Assembly (NCBI GenBank): GCA_964489065.1
Contig: CAZAXH010000002.1
Span: 214,177-278,176 of the forward strand
Length of the DNA stretch: 64,000 bases
Reading direction: 5' to 3'
From: an uncultured Planctomycetales bacterium
GTDB lineage: Bacteria; Omnitrophota; Gorgyraeia; Zapsychrales; JANLHA01
Below the pieces are notes generated by a model. It had not been told where the DNA came from. It worked only from the letters and a program-made list of their open reading frames with translations, and did not search any database. The number at the start of each line of letters is the position of its first letter. The stretch's first letter is position 1. A program made the position numbers and the translations under genes. Below, piece by piece: positions 9,308-19,511 of this stretch.

Positions 9308-9811
9308 GTGCGTAAATCATTTGAGGTCCTAAAGCAGGTGATATCGAAGGTCGGCGTCAAGAAAGTGGCGGCAGAGCTGAATGTCTCGCAGTCTTTGGTG
9401 TATAAATGGTGTCAGGAGAGCCGTAATCCGGAGGCGTGGTTGCCCAGCGGCGCGTCTAACCCGTTAGACCGGATTCAAAAGATTTATGAACTGACGGAAG
9501 ATCAGGATTTATTGAATTGGATTTGCCAGTTGGGCCAGGGATATTTCGTGAAAAATCCGCATCAACCGGTTAATGTTGATTCCCGGGTCATGAACAACAT
9601 CCATCTTTTAATTAAAGAATTTTCAGAAACCCTGGATGCTATCTCCCGGTCTTACGGTGAAGACAGGCGGATATCCTGCGACGAGGCTAAGTCTATCCGT
9701 AAGGAGTGGGAAGATTTAAAAGGCGTTGGCGAGAGTTTTGTCCTGGCCTGTGAATCGGGACGGTTTGATAAACGGAAGCTCAAGAAACATAAGGGAGAGC
9801 CGGGATCATAA
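9308..9811 (+). CDS. helix-turn-helix DNA-binding protein (Cro/CII-like HTH)
   Basis: VAAELNVSQSLVYKWCQE HTH; GTG start 9308 with RBS GAGGAGGG; upstream TTG start at 9275 also possible. Confidence 0.5.
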   Translation: MRKSFEVLKQVISKVGVKKVAAELNVSQSLVYKWCQESRNPEAWLPSGASNPLDRIQKIYELTEDQDLLNWICQLGQGYFVKNPHQPVNVDSRVMNNIHLLIKEFSETLDAISRSYGEDRRISCDEAKSIRKEWEDLKGVGESFVLACESGRFDKRKLKKHKGEPGS

Positions 9812-10011
9812 TTCAGGGAACGGGATCGCAGGAGTTTCTTGCTGATAATATCTATATGCCTTTACAGAAAATCATGGGCACGCCCGCGGATGAAGGCAAG
9901 AGGTTCTGCTTCGCGGGTGTTCGCCTAAATGTTAAGATGTTATGGAAAATTCCGAGAAGCGAATAGTTAACAGGGGCCGCGTCTAGGGGCGCGGGACTGG
10001 GAGCGGCCGGA

Positions 10012-10242
10012 ATGTCTTTTTATTACTATTTTTGTCCGGAAAACGGGAGGACCGTCGAAGTCCGTCACCCCATGAATGTTCGGCTGGGGACATGGGCTGC
10101 GGTCTGCATCCTGGCCCGGATTGATCCGGGAGGGACGCCGGGCTCATCCCCGGTTCAGAGACTTATAAGCCATGCTGCGCCGATGACTCCTCAATTTCAG
10201 CATTTGGATAAGGAAAAGCCGTCGGATGTCCTGGCGTTGTAG
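10012..10242 (+). CDS. hypothetical small protein
   Basis: 76 aa ORF upstream of rtcB; weak zinc-ribbon-like pattern only. Confidence 0.2.
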   Translation: MSFYYYFCPENGRTVEVRHPMNVRLGTWAAVCILARIDPGGTPGSSPVQRLISHAAPMTPQFQHLDKEKPSDVLAL

Positions 10243-10256
10243 CCGGCCGAGGAGAA

Positions 10257-11717
10257 ATGATGCCGTTGCCTAAAGATATCAAAAAAGTCGCCCCGGCTGT
10301 CTGGGAGTTGCCACAAGATTACAGCCGGGGTATGAAAGTCCCGGCGCGTATCTATGCCACCGAATCCATTTTGAAAAATATGGAGGACGTTGTTTTTGAT
10401 CAGTTGGCGAATGTCGCCAAGTTGCCGGGTATCCAGAAATACGCTTTTTGCATGCCGGATGGACACTGGGGCTATGGATTCCCTATCGGCGGGGTCGCGG
10501 CCATGGACCCGGATGACGGCGTGATTTCTCCCGGGGGGATCGGGTTTGATATCAATTGCGGGATGCGGCTGGTGAAGACGAATTTGACGTATCAGGAGGT
10601 GCAGCCGCGCCTGAAAGAGCTGGTGGACCGGTTGTTCCAGGAAGTCCCTTCGGGGGTCGGCGGGTCCGGTGATATTGATATTTCCAAGACAGAGTTCCGG
10701 CGGCTCATCGAGCAGGGCGCTTCCTGGTGTGTCGCGCGGGGGTTGGGCTGGGAGGATGATCTGGACAAAACGGAAGAAGGCGGGTGTTTGCAGGGCGCGG
10801 ATTCCGGGGACGTCAGCGAAAAAGCGGTCTCCCGCGGCTACCAACAGGTGGGGACGTTGGGGTCGGGAAACCACTATCTTGAGATTCAGGTTCTCAGACC
10901 GGAGAATATTTTTTATAAAGAGTATGCAGACGCCCTTGGCCTTAATATCCCCAATCAGGTTGTGGTGATGTTTCATTGTGGGAGCCGGGGCTTCGGGCAT
11001 CAGGTGGCCACGGATTATTTGCAGATTTTTTTGAGAGTGATGAAAAGCAAGTACGGTTTGGATATTCTGGACCGGGAGCTTTCCTGCGCGCCTTTCCGTT
11101 CCCAAGAGGGACAGGCGTATTTTTCCGCCATGAAATGCGCGGTGAATATGGCTTTCGCCAACCGCCAGGTGATTCTGCACCGGATTCGCGAAGTTTTTGC
11201 GGACGTGTTCCAGAAAAAAGCCGAGGCCCTGGGCATGCAGCAGATTTATGACGTGGCGCATAATATCGCCAAGGAGGAAACACACCGGGTTGACGGGCGG
11301 GATAAAAAACTCCTGGTACACCGCAAAGGTTCTACGCGGGCGTTCGGCCCGGGGATGCCCGGGTTGCCCGACGTTTACCGGAGAATCGGGCAACCGGTGA
11401 TCATCGGCGGGAGCATGGAAACCGGTTCGTATCTTTTGACGGGGGTGGACGGCAGCCAGGAAACTTTCTGCTCCACCGCGCACGGCAGCGGCCGCACGAT
11501 GAGCCGCAATAAGGCCCGGGAGTTGTTCCGTGGCCGCGCGTTACTTGAAGACATGAGGGCGAAAGGCATTTACGTGAACACCTCGTCTCTCCAGGGGTTG
11601 GCGGAAGAAGCGGGCGCCGCGTATAAAAATATCGATGAGGTTACCGATTCAACGGAAACGGCCGGAATCAGTAGGCGGGTGGCCCGGTTTATCCCCGTGG
11701 GGAATATTAAAGGATAA
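10257..11717 (+). CDS. rtcB: RNA-splicing ligase RtcB
   Basis: GHWGYGFPIGG, DINCGMR, GSGNHYLEIQ, HCGSRGFGHQ, HRKGSTRAF, HGSGR catalytic motifs. Confidence 0.95.
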   Translation: MMPLPKDIKKVAPAVWELPQDYSRGMKVPARIYATESILKNMEDVVFDQLANVAKLPGIQKYAFCMPDGHWGYGFPIGGVAAMDPDDGVISPGGIGFDINCGMRLVKTNLTYQEVQPRLKELVDRLFQEVPSGVGGSGDIDISKTEFRRLIEQGASWCVARGLGWEDDLDKTEEGGCLQGADSGDVSEKAVSRGYQQVGTLGSGNHYLEIQVLRPENIFYKEYADALGLNIPNQVVVMFHCGSRGFGHQVATDYLQIFLRVMKSKYGLDILDRELSCAPFRSQEGQAYFSAMKCAVNMAFANRQVILHRIREVFADVFQKKAEALGMQQIYDVAHNIAKEETHRVDGRDKKLLVHRKGSTRAFGPGMPGLPDVYRRIGQPVIIGGSMETGSYLLTGVDGSQETFCSTAHGSGRTMSRNKARELFRGRALLEDMRAKGIYVNTSSLQGLAEEAGAAYKNIDEVTDSTETAGISRRVARFIPVGNIKG

Positions 11718-11718
11718 T

Positions 11719-12150
11719 ATGCCTTTCCGGTATTTGGACGATATCGCGACGGCTGATATTGCGTTTATGGCGCAAGGGGCGTCCCTGGAAATTTTGTTCA
11801 GAAGCGCGGCGGAAGCTACTCTCGGGGTGATGGTGGACAACATCCCCGCCCTACGATCCCGCTCCCGGAGGACGGTCGTGTTAAAGGCAGAAGACGTTGA
11901 GTTATTGTTATTTAATTTTCTTCAGGAAATTATTTATTTTAAAGACGCAGAAAAATTATTATTAATCCCGGGTCCTATTATGATTCAGCTGTGTCCGGGG
12001 GGATATCATCTCGAGGCGGTGCTTGAAGGGGAGGCGATTGAACCGAAAAAACATTGTCTTATTGTTGATGTTAAAGCTGTCACAATGCATTTGTTCCGGG
12101 TGACGAAGACCGCGCAAGGCTGGGAAGCGGTGGTGGTTTTGGATATTTAA
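11719..12150 (+). CDS. archease (RtcB activator)
   Basis: MPFRYLDDIATADIAF...LEILFRSAAEA archease signature; 1 nt after rtcB stop. Confidence 0.8.
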   Translation: MPFRYLDDIATADIAFMAQGASLEILFRSAAEATLGVMVDNIPALRSRSRRTVVLKAEDVELLLFNFLQEIIYFKDAEKLLLIPGPIMIQLCPGGYHLEAVLEGEAIEPKKHCLIVDVKAVTMHLFRVTKTAQGWEAVVVLDI

Positions 12151-12223
12151 TTTGGCCGGAGCCCCGGCCTCAAGAGCGCGTTTATCCTTTTTTTAAAAAA
12201 GGTGGTATAATTGGAGGAAATTA

Positions 12224-13474
12224 ATGTTATTTCGAGAAAGAGGTGATGTCGTGGTGAAAAGATTTTTGACCCTTGTTTTTTTGTGCGTTTTTGTTTTGAG
12301 TGTGGGGGGACCTCTGGCGTGTCCGGCTTACGCCCAGGAGCCGATTCAGGTGTTCTCGGGGGGGAAGCTGCAGGGGGGAGACCAGAAAGAGCCGGAACCC
12401 GATACCGGCCCCGTGGACACGGGCATCAGCCGTGATTATTACACGAACGGGAACATTGCTTTTGAAAAATCTTACAAGGACGGACGATTGTACGGTCCTT
12501 ACAGAAAATATTTCCGGAACGGGTCCATTTGGATTGAAGAGGAATATGTGGATGGGAAGAAAAATGGCGTCCGGAGGGAATATTATAAAAATGGGAACCT
12601 GCAGGAGGAAGAATATTATTCGGACAATAATTTAGAAGGACCATTAAAGCGTTACCGGATGAACGGGATATTGGAAGTGGAGGAAAATTATCATAATAAC
12701 CTTTTGCATGGGCTCGCGCGTGAGTTTTATGAGGACGGCGAAATTAAAGAAGAGCGGGCTTATAATGACGGGGAATTGATTACCAGAAAAAAATATAACC
12801 GGGAGGGCTTCCCTCTCAGTGAAGAAAATTATTTGCACAAGAAGCAGCACGGCGCTTTTAAGACGTATTATGACGATGGCCAGTTGGAATCCGAAAAATA
12901 TTATAATAACGGCAGCCAGGAAGGGGTGACCCGGAATTATTATTCCAACGGGAATTTACAGGCCGAAGGGCATTATCAAGATAATATGCGTGACGGCGAG
13001 TTTAAGGTGTATTTTGAGAATGGCAAATTACAGCGGGTTATTAATATGAAACGTAACGCGCAGGAAGGCCTTTATAAGGACTATTATAAAGACGGGACGC
13101 TCAAGTCAGAGGGGTCGTTCGCCATGGGAAAACTGCACGGGCCCATGAAACAATACCGCCCGGATGGGACCTGCGCGAGCGAATCAGAATTTTATTATGG
13201 GGATGAAAAAGGGGTGAATAAACGGTATTATCCAAACGGCCAACTCGAATTCGAAGGAAGGATTGAATTCAACCTCCCTGAAGGACCCTATAAGAAATAT
13301 TTCGAGAACGGCAAATTGCAGGAAGAGGGGGAATATATCGCTGGCCACTTGGAAGGGAAAGTAAAAGTTTATTACGAGAACGGGGTTATCAAACAGGAAG
13401 AATTTTACCGGCAGGGCACCCTTTCCCGGGTTATGAAGTATGACCAAGACGGGAATCTCCTCGTCGATCAATAG
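12224..13474 (+). CDS. MORN-repeat (YwqK-like) secreted protein
   Basis: Signal peptide, then about 13 tandem ~23-aa repeats of the YYxNGxLxxEGxY type. Confidence 0.75.
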   Translation: MLFRERGDVVVKRFLTLVFLCVFVLSVGGPLACPAYAQEPIQVFSGGKLQGGDQKEPEPDTGPVDTGISRDYYTNGNIAFEKSYKDGRLYGPYRKYFRNGSIWIEEEYVDGKKNGVRREYYKNGNLQEEEYYSDNNLEGPLKRYRMNGILEVEENYHNNLLHGLAREFYEDGEIKEERAYNDGELITRKKYNREGFPLSEENYLHKKQHGAFKTYYDDGQLESEKYYNNGSQEGVTRNYYSNGNLQAEGHYQDNMRDGEFKVYFENGKLQRVINMKRNAQEGLYKDYYKDGTLKSEGSFAMGKLHGPMKQYRPDGTCASESEFYYGDEKGVNKRYYPNGQLEFEGRIEFNLPEGPYKKYFENGKLQEEGEYIAGHLEGKVKVYYENGVIKQEEFYRQGTLSRVMKYDQDGNLLVDQ

Positions 13475-13485
13475 GGATCAGGATT

Positions 13486-13857
13486 ATGGAAGATTTTAAA
13501 ATACTGATTATTGATGATAATGAGCAGGACCGGAAAGGCATGACCGTGGCCCTGCAGAAGGCCGGGTATCGTCATGTCATGTCTGCCGGGTCAGAGAGCG
13601 AAGGCGTGGCCCTGGCCAGGACTTTTTTGCCGGATATCGTGGTTGTTGATTGTGTCCTGGTCTGTTTGGACGGGTTTGATGTTTGCCGGAACATTAAGGC
13701 CATTGAAGGGCTGAACAGCAAAATTATTGTGATTACCGGGCATCTGGAATCGGTGGATGCAGCCAAAGCCCGGAAGTCAGGGGCGGATGAGCTTCTGGAG
13801 AAAACTGCGGAATTTAAGAATATCCACGCTACGATCCAGCGGTTGCAACACACGTAA
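13486..13857 (+). CDS. response regulator, receiver domain only
   Basis: KILIIDDNEQD...DIVVVDCVL...K. Confidence 0.8.
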   Translation: MEDFKILIIDDNEQDRKGMTVALQKAGYRHVMSAGSESEGVALARTFLPDIVVVDCVLVCLDGFDVCRNIKAIEGLNSKIIVITGHLESVDAAKARKSGADELLEKTAEFKNIHATIQRLQHT

Positions 13858-13917
13858 CTTCGGGCCCGTTTCAGGACACGGGTAGGTTATGGTTGTTAAT
13901 CCCTCTCATAAGTATCA

Positions 13918-13950
13918 AAGACAATCCGTTAAGGATTGTCTTTCTTTTTT
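13918..13950 (+). terminator. rho-independent terminator
   Basis: aagacaatcc-gttaa-ggattgtctt stem then TCTTTTTT. Confidence 0.7.
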
Positions 13951-14054
13951 AAAAGATTTCAGATTTTGATGTCTTTGCTTATGGTTTTGCCGTAAACTAA
14001 TAACAACTGCATGTGGTCCTAATCCCGGGGTGTTTCTGAAAATTATAAAAGATT

Positions 14055-15989
14055 ATGTTTGGGAAATTAAAGCTTGTCCATAAACTGGTTTTTATTTTAC
14101 TTGTCATCGCCTTATTCCCTATACTTATTATTGGAATAACTTATTATCATTTAACGAAGGCCGAACTGGAGCAGAAGACCATCGCGGCCCTGCAGGCGGT
14201 TGTGGATTCACGCGCCGCCCATATTAATCATTACATCAAGTTAAGGCAAGAGCAGGCGAAGGCCTTTGCCGGGGCTTTCTTGCCGCGTCAGCTTAAGGAA
14301 ACGGGAGTCAATGAGCCGGCCTTGATTCAGGGCATTCAGGACGACATCAGCTCCATTTTCTTTTTCCTGAATTTGACGCCGTCCGGGCGTTATCAGGACA
14401 TAGATCAGAAGACAGAGGTGCAAACGATCGGGGTGTGGGATGTTCACGGTAATATTATCGCCTCTACGAACCGGGAGTTGGTCGGGCGGAAAATGCCGAT
14501 AGAATATATCCAGAATGTTTATCAATACGGGACCTATTTCGCCGGCTTGGAAAAAGATCCCCTTACCGGGGACAATATGCTTATTTTGCTGGAAGAAATC
14601 CGGAACTGGCAGTCCGGGAATATTGTCGGCGCCATATCCCTGATGATTAAAGCGGATGTTTTGGATAAGGTGACCAGTGCCCGGGAGGGCTTGGGACATT
14701 CCGGGGAAACGTATCTCGTGGATCGGCAGTACCGCATGATCACGAACTCCCGATTCAAGAAAGATTCCATATTGAACATGCGGGTCATTACCGAAGGGAC
14801 ACAGGACTGCTTCCAGTGCCGCAAGGCCCCGCTGATATACACCAATTATCGCAACGTGGACGTGTTGGGCGTGCAGAAATATTTGCCGGATCAGAACTGG
14901 TGTCTTATGGCCGAAGTGGATGTCAATGAGGCTTTTGCCCCGATCCAGCAGTTCCGTCAGCGGTTGCTGTTGACCGGGCTTTTGATGCTTCTGCTGACGG
15001 TGCTGCTGGCTTTTTTGGCCAGCCGGGTTTTTACCCGGCCGATCCTCGCTCTGAACGAAGCTTCGCAAAAGGTGTCCCGTGGGCAGTATAACGTTAAGCT
15101 GCCGGTTAAGAATAGTGATGAAATCGGCCAGTTATCCACTAATTTTAATTTTATGGCGAAGAGACTCGCCGAGGTGAAGGAGGAATTGGAGGAAAAAAAC
15201 AAGACGCTGTTTAAGCATTTGGCTGTTTTGGCGTCGCAAAAAAAAGAGCTCCGGGAGGTCAATGAAGAGCTGGACCGGTTTGTTTATACCGCCAGTCATG
15301 ACCTGCGGGCTCCCTTGCGGGGGATCGCGTCGTTCGCGGCATTCCTGGAGGAGGATTATAAAGACCGGATGGATGCGCAGGGCAAGGAATATATTGATGA
15401 GATCAGAAAAGGGGCGACGAAGATGAATATGCTCATCGAAGACCTGCTGTTATTATCGAGGATATCCCGGATCAAGAATCCGTACGAGTTGACGGATATC
15501 CAAAAGCTCGTTGATTCTGTTTTGGAGCGGCTGAAATATGATATTCAGAAACATAACGCGATCATTCAGATTGCTACAGTGCTCCCGATGGTGTGTTGCG
15601 ACCGGATTAAGATGACGGAGGTGTTCCAGAATCTGATCAATAACGCCATTAAATTTTCGTCCAAGAACAGCGGGGCTCCCCCGCGCGTGGATATCGGGTA
15701 CAGGAAGGACGGGATTTATCACTGCTTTTACGTGAAAGACAACGGCATCGGCATTGACCCGAAGTACCATGAGCAGATTTTCGGGATGTTTAAGCGCCTG
15801 CACACGGATAAGGAATATGACGGGACAGGCGCCGGGCTGTCGATTATCAAGCGAATCATTGAAGACCACGGCGGCCGGGTTTGGGTTGAGTCCCGGGCCG
15901 GAGAAGGGGCGACGTTTCTTTTTAATATCCCGGCGGATCTCAAAGCGGGGGAGGTGGCGTCCCCGCCGCCTCCCGGCGAGTCAGCCTAA
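14055..15989 (+). CDS. sensor histidine kinase (Cache-like periplasmic domain, HAMP, HisKA, HATPase_c)
   Basis: two TM helices, HAMP, H-box YTASHDLRAPLRGI, N/G boxes. Confidence 0.85.
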   Translation: MFGKLKLVHKLVFILLVIALFPILIIGITYYHLTKAELEQKTIAALQAVVDSRAAHINHYIKLRQEQAKAFAGAFLPRQLKETGVNEPALIQGIQDDISSIFFFLNLTPSGRYQDIDQKTEVQTIGVWDVHGNIIASTNRELVGRKMPIEYIQNVYQYGTYFAGLEKDPLTGDNMLILLEEIRNWQSGNIVGAISLMIKADVLDKVTSAREGLGHSGETYLVDRQYRMITNSRFKKDSILNMRVITEGTQDCFQCRKAPLIYTNYRNVDVLGVQKYLPDQNWCLMAEVDVNEAFAPIQQFRQRLLLTGLLMLLLTVLLAFLASRVFTRPILALNEASQKVSRGQYNVKLPVKNSDEIGQLSTNFNFMAKRLAEVKEELEEKNKTLFKHLAVLASQKKELREVNEELDRFVYTASHDLRAPLRGIASFAAFLEEDYKDRMDAQGKEYIDEIRKGATKMNMLIEDLLLLSRISRIKNPYELTDIQKLVDSVLERLKYDIQKHNAIIQIATVLPMVCCDRIKMTEVFQNLINNAIKFSSKNSGAPPRVDIGYRKDGIYHCFYVKDNGIGIDPKYHEQIFGMFKRLHTDKEYDGTGAGLSIIKRIIEDHGGRVWVESRAGEGATFLFNIPADLKAGEVASPPPPGESA

Positions 15990-16022
15990 AGTTTTCTCCC
16001 CTATTCAGCGAAGGAGTGGACC

Positions 16023-16457
16023 ATGAGTTTTAGGATACTTTTAGTGGAGGATAGTGAAGCGGATGTTAAAATAACGCTGCGCGCTTTTCAGCAGTCCTCT
16101 TTGAAGACAGAGATCACGGTGGTCAGCGATGGACAGGAATGCCTGGACTTTGTCCGGCATGAAGGCGCTTATCAGGCGGCTCAAAAGCATCTCCGGCCGC
16201 AGGTGATCCTTTTGGATATTAATATGCCGCGTTGCGACGGGTTTGAAGTGCTCCGGGTTTTAAAAGGGGATGCCGCGACCCGCGCGATTCCTGTCGTGAT
16301 GTTCAGCGCCTCGCGTAACGAGGGGGATGTTGTTAAAAGTTATGAATCTGGGGCTAACGGCTTCATTCAGAAGCCGGTCGACTATGAGGAATTTTTAAAC
16401 ATGGTGGAACAATTTAATCATTACTGGCAAAATTTAAACCGGTTGCCGGAAGCCTGA
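16023..16457 (+). CDS. response regulator, receiver domain only
   Basis: ILLVEDSEADVK...VILLDINMPRCDGFEVL. Confidence 0.85.
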   Translation: MSFRILLVEDSEADVKITLRAFQQSSLKTEITVVSDGQECLDFVRHEGAYQAAQKHLRPQVILLDINMPRCDGFEVLRVLKGDAATRAIPVVMFSASRNEGDVVKSYESGANGFIQKPVDYEEFLNMVEQFNHYWQNLNRLPEA

Positions 16458-16470
16458 TAAGGGATCCATT

Positions 16471-17691
16471 ATGAAGACAAGAATTCTGGTGATTGAAGAT
16501 AATGAACAGGATCAAAAAATTGTCTTGCGTTTTCTTAAAAACCAGGGCTTGGATGATATCATTCTGGCGTCCTCCGGTGGGGAAGGACTTAAAAAAGCCC
16601 GGGAGGCGCTCCCGGACCTGGTCCTGTTGGACACGGTGTTGCCGGATATGGAGGGGTTCGCGGTCTGTCGCCAGCTTAAGGCGAGTTTAGGCCCAGGACT
16701 TAAAGTTATTATGATGACCGGCCAGGTGGCGGCGGTTGAGCCGGAAAAGGCCCGGAGCGCCGGGGCGGATGAATATTGTGTCAAGACTGCGGACGGCCGG
16801 TCTTTGCGGGAAGCCGTGTCCCGTATCCTGCCAAGTCCGGCGGCAGGGACTGTCGGGGACTTGGGATATGCTCTGCCGGCGGCTTTGGGGAGCGGGGGCC
16901 CTGAAGATTGGGGGCCGCACAAAGCCCGGGAGGCCATAAAAATGCTGTCGCTGGAACTGGAGCGGAAGAACGAAGAATTGAAAACCCTGGATCAGCTAAA
17001 ATCCGCTTTTATCGCAAATGTTTCGCATGAGTTAAGGACTCCGTTGACAATTATTAAAGGAGCGGTCAGCCAGGTGATATCGGGCATATACGGGTTGGTG
17101 ACGGAAGAGCAGCGCAAGAAGTTGCTGATGACCCTGCGTAACGCGGAACGTTTGAACCTCATGATCGATGACCTCTTGGATTTTGCCAAACTTGAAGCGA
17201 AACAGGTCCGGCTTGATCTGACGGAGGTGAATCTGGTGGATTTGGTCCGAGAGGTGCACTCCTCGTTTTATAGCCTAGCCGTGGAAAAGGGCTTGGATCT
17301 GAACGTGGAATACCCTGTCGCATCTATGCGGGTGATGGCCGACCGCAACCGTTTGATTCAGGTGTTGATCAATTTGCTCGGGAATGCCCTGAAGTTCACC
17401 GCAAAAGGAGAGATAAAAATTGTTTTAAAAGACGGGCCGGATTACGTTGAATGCCGCATCACGGACACTGGCTGCGGTATTCCCGAGGAGGACCTTCCCA
17501 GGGTTTTTCAGCGTTTTTATCAGGTGGGAACACGCGGCGGGGATAATCCCAAAGGAACGGGGTTAGGCCTGGCTATTTGTAAGGAAATTATAGAGTTGCA
17601 CAAGGGCACGGTTTGGGCCGAAAGTCCCTTTCAAAAAGGGACCGCTGTTGTTTTTACTATACCTAAAAAGAGCGGTCCGTCCGTTCAATAA
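16471..17691 (+). CDS. hybrid REC-histidine kinase (N-terminal receiver, HisKA, HATPase_c)
   Basis: ILVIEDNEQD...LVLLDTVLPDMEGF receiver, then H-box VSHELRTPLT and ATPase boxes. Confidence 0.85.
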   Translation: MKTRILVIEDNEQDQKIVLRFLKNQGLDDIILASSGGEGLKKAREALPDLVLLDTVLPDMEGFAVCRQLKASLGPGLKVIMMTGQVAAVEPEKARSAGADEYCVKTADGRSLREAVSRILPSPAAGTVGDLGYALPAALGSGGPEDWGPHKAREAIKMLSLELERKNEELKTLDQLKSAFIANVSHELRTPLTIIKGAVSQVISGIYGLVTEEQRKKLLMTLRNAERLNLMIDDLLDFAKLEAKQVRLDLTEVNLVDLVREVHSSFYSLAVEKGLDLNVEYPVASMRVMADRNRLIQVLINLLGNALKFTAKGEIKIVLKDGPDYVECRITDTGCGIPEEDLPRVFQRFYQVGTRGGDNPKGTGLGLAICKEIIELHKGTVWAESPFQKGTAVVFTIPKKSGPSVQ

Positions 17692-17725
17692 AATATTAAA
17701 ATTCGTGGAAGAGGAGAGAGCGGGG

Positions 17726-18088
17726 ATGAAAAAGATCCTTATTATTGAAGATAATATAGAAATTGCGGGACTTTTGAACGACCTTTTCGTGCAAAACAGG
17801 TACACGGCGGTGATGTGTCATGATGGGTATCAGGGCATCGAGTTCACGCACCGGGAGAAACCGGATTTGATTCTTTTGGATATGATGCTCCCCGCCGGCG
17901 GGGGGTTATATGTTTTAGAGAAGCTGAAGATTTCAACCTTAACGAAAGCCATCCCTGTTGTTGTCCTGACGGCGTCCAGAGACATGCAGCATAAGCAGAA
18001 GGCGATTGACATGGGCGTTGATGCTTATCTGGAAAAACCTTTTGATGCGGATAAGTTGCTAGCCACGGTTAAAGGCTTTATCGGGTAG
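17726..18088 (+). CDS. response regulator, receiver domain only
   Basis: KILIIEDNIEIAG...LILLDMMLP...K; ATG 17726. Confidence 0.8.
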   Translation: MKKILIIEDNIEIAGLLNDLFVQNRYTAVMCHDGYQGIEFTHREKPDLILLDMMLPAGGGLYVLEKLKISTLTKAIPVVVLTASRDMQHKQKAIDMGVDAYLEKPFDADKLLATVKGFIG

Positions 18089-18229
18089 GGCCTTTTCCTG
18101 GGCTTCCGGTAGTTTGCCCGGCGGAGCGGTGCCCCTCCCCTGGGCAGGAAGGCGCCCGGATTTAGTTGTTGACAGGGTTTTGCTATTTATTTAACATGGT
18201 AATTCTGGACACCCACAAGGAGGCCACGA

Positions 18230-19414
18230 ATGTTAAAGATATCAAACGACATGTACTGGACCGGTTATATTGACTGGGATTTAAAGGTGTTTCACGGGTA
18301 TAAGACCCCTTACGGCTCGACATACAACGCCTATCTGATCGATGATGAATACCCGACGCTGATTGACACGGTTAAACATTATGGCCAGGATGACATGTTG
18401 CGGCAGATTAAGGAGATCATGAATCCGGCGAACATCAGGTATGTGATCGCCAATCATGCCGAAATGGACCATTCCGGCGCGATTGACGCCGTTCTGCAGA
18501 TTGCCCCCGAAGCCGAGGTGGTTTGCTCGGCCAGAGGGGCGGAGTCGCTGACCCGTCATTTCAAAAAAAATTGGCGGTTTAAAATCGTTAAAACAGGGGA
18601 CCGCCTTTCGATCGGCAAACGTGAATTTATGTTTATCCAGATTCCCATGGTGCACTGGCCGGAGTCCATGGCGACCTATTCCGTGACGGATCATATCCTT
18701 TTTCCCAACGACGCGTTTGGCCAGCATTATGCTTCGGAAGAGAGGTTTGTTGACGAGCTCCCCCTGGACCGTATTTTGGGGGAAGCGGCTAAATATTACG
18801 CCAATATTGTTCTGCTATACGGATCCCAGGTCCAGAAGGCGCTTCAGTCTTTAAAGGATTTCACGATCGAGATGATTTGTCCCTCGCATGGCCTGATTTG
18901 GCGGGACAAGCAGCAGATTTCCCATATTTTGAACTCGTACGATAAATGGGCTTCTCATGAAACGGATCCCCTCCGGGTTCTGATTGTCTATGACACCATG
19001 TGGAAGTCAACGGAGGCGATGGCTCTGCGTTTAAAAGGCTTGTTTGAAGGCGACGGCTACACGGTCACGGTCAGGAATCTTCAGGACTATCATATTTCCG
19101 ACGTCATGACGGATGTGCTGCTCTCCCGGCTCATGCTTGTCGGCACGCCTATGTTGAACAACCGCATGTTGCCTACGGTGGCCAGTTTCTTGATGTACCT
19201 GAAAGGGCTCCAGCCGAAGAACCGCCTGGCGCTTACATTCGGTTCTTATGGCTGGTCCAAGGCCGGATTTAAAGAAGTTGAGCAGTCCGTGATGGACGCC
19301 GGTTTTGCCCTAGGGGCGGAAGGGCAGTATATCCAATTCGTGCCCGGGGAAAATGATCTCGGGAACCTTAAACTGGTCATCGACCAGCTTAAGGCCCAGA
19401 TGCTTTCGGTTTAA
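18230..19414 (+). CDS. flavodiiron protein (FprA-type O2/NO reductase; metallo-beta-lactamase plus flavodoxin domains)
   Basis: ANHAEMDHSG di-iron motif, C-terminal flavodoxin-like domain, ~394 aa. Confidence 0.85.
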   Translation: MLKISNDMYWTGYIDWDLKVFHGYKTPYGSTYNAYLIDDEYPTLIDTVKHYGQDDMLRQIKEIMNPANIRYVIANHAEMDHSGAIDAVLQIAPEAEVVCSARGAESLTRHFKKNWRFKIVKTGDRLSIGKREFMFIQIPMVHWPESMATYSVTDHILFPNDAFGQHYASEERFVDELPLDRILGEAAKYYANIVLLYGSQVQKALQSLKDFTIEMICPSHGLIWRDKQQISHILNSYDKWASHETDPLRVLIVYDTMWKSTEAMALRLKGLFEGDGYTVTVRNLQDYHISDVMTDVLLSRLMLVGTPMLNNRMLPTVASFLMYLKGLQPKNRLALTFGSYGWSKAGFKEVEQSVMDAGFALGAEGQYIQFVPGENDLGNLKLVIDQLKAQMLSV

Positions 19415-19511
19415 TCTTTTGATTTTGAGGACATATTCAGAGCCCCCTTTCGCGAGAGAGTTATGAGGGGGTTCAGCTTTTTAAATCTTTATTTATATTG
19501 AGGAGGATCAT

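Noticed and set aside
10197-11483. 428-aa ORF on the minus strand opposite rtcB
   Set aside because: Fully antisense to a gene with unmistakable RtcB catalytic motifs. It has a Pro/Arg/Gly-rich composition typical of antisense frames of GC-biased genes and no family motifs.
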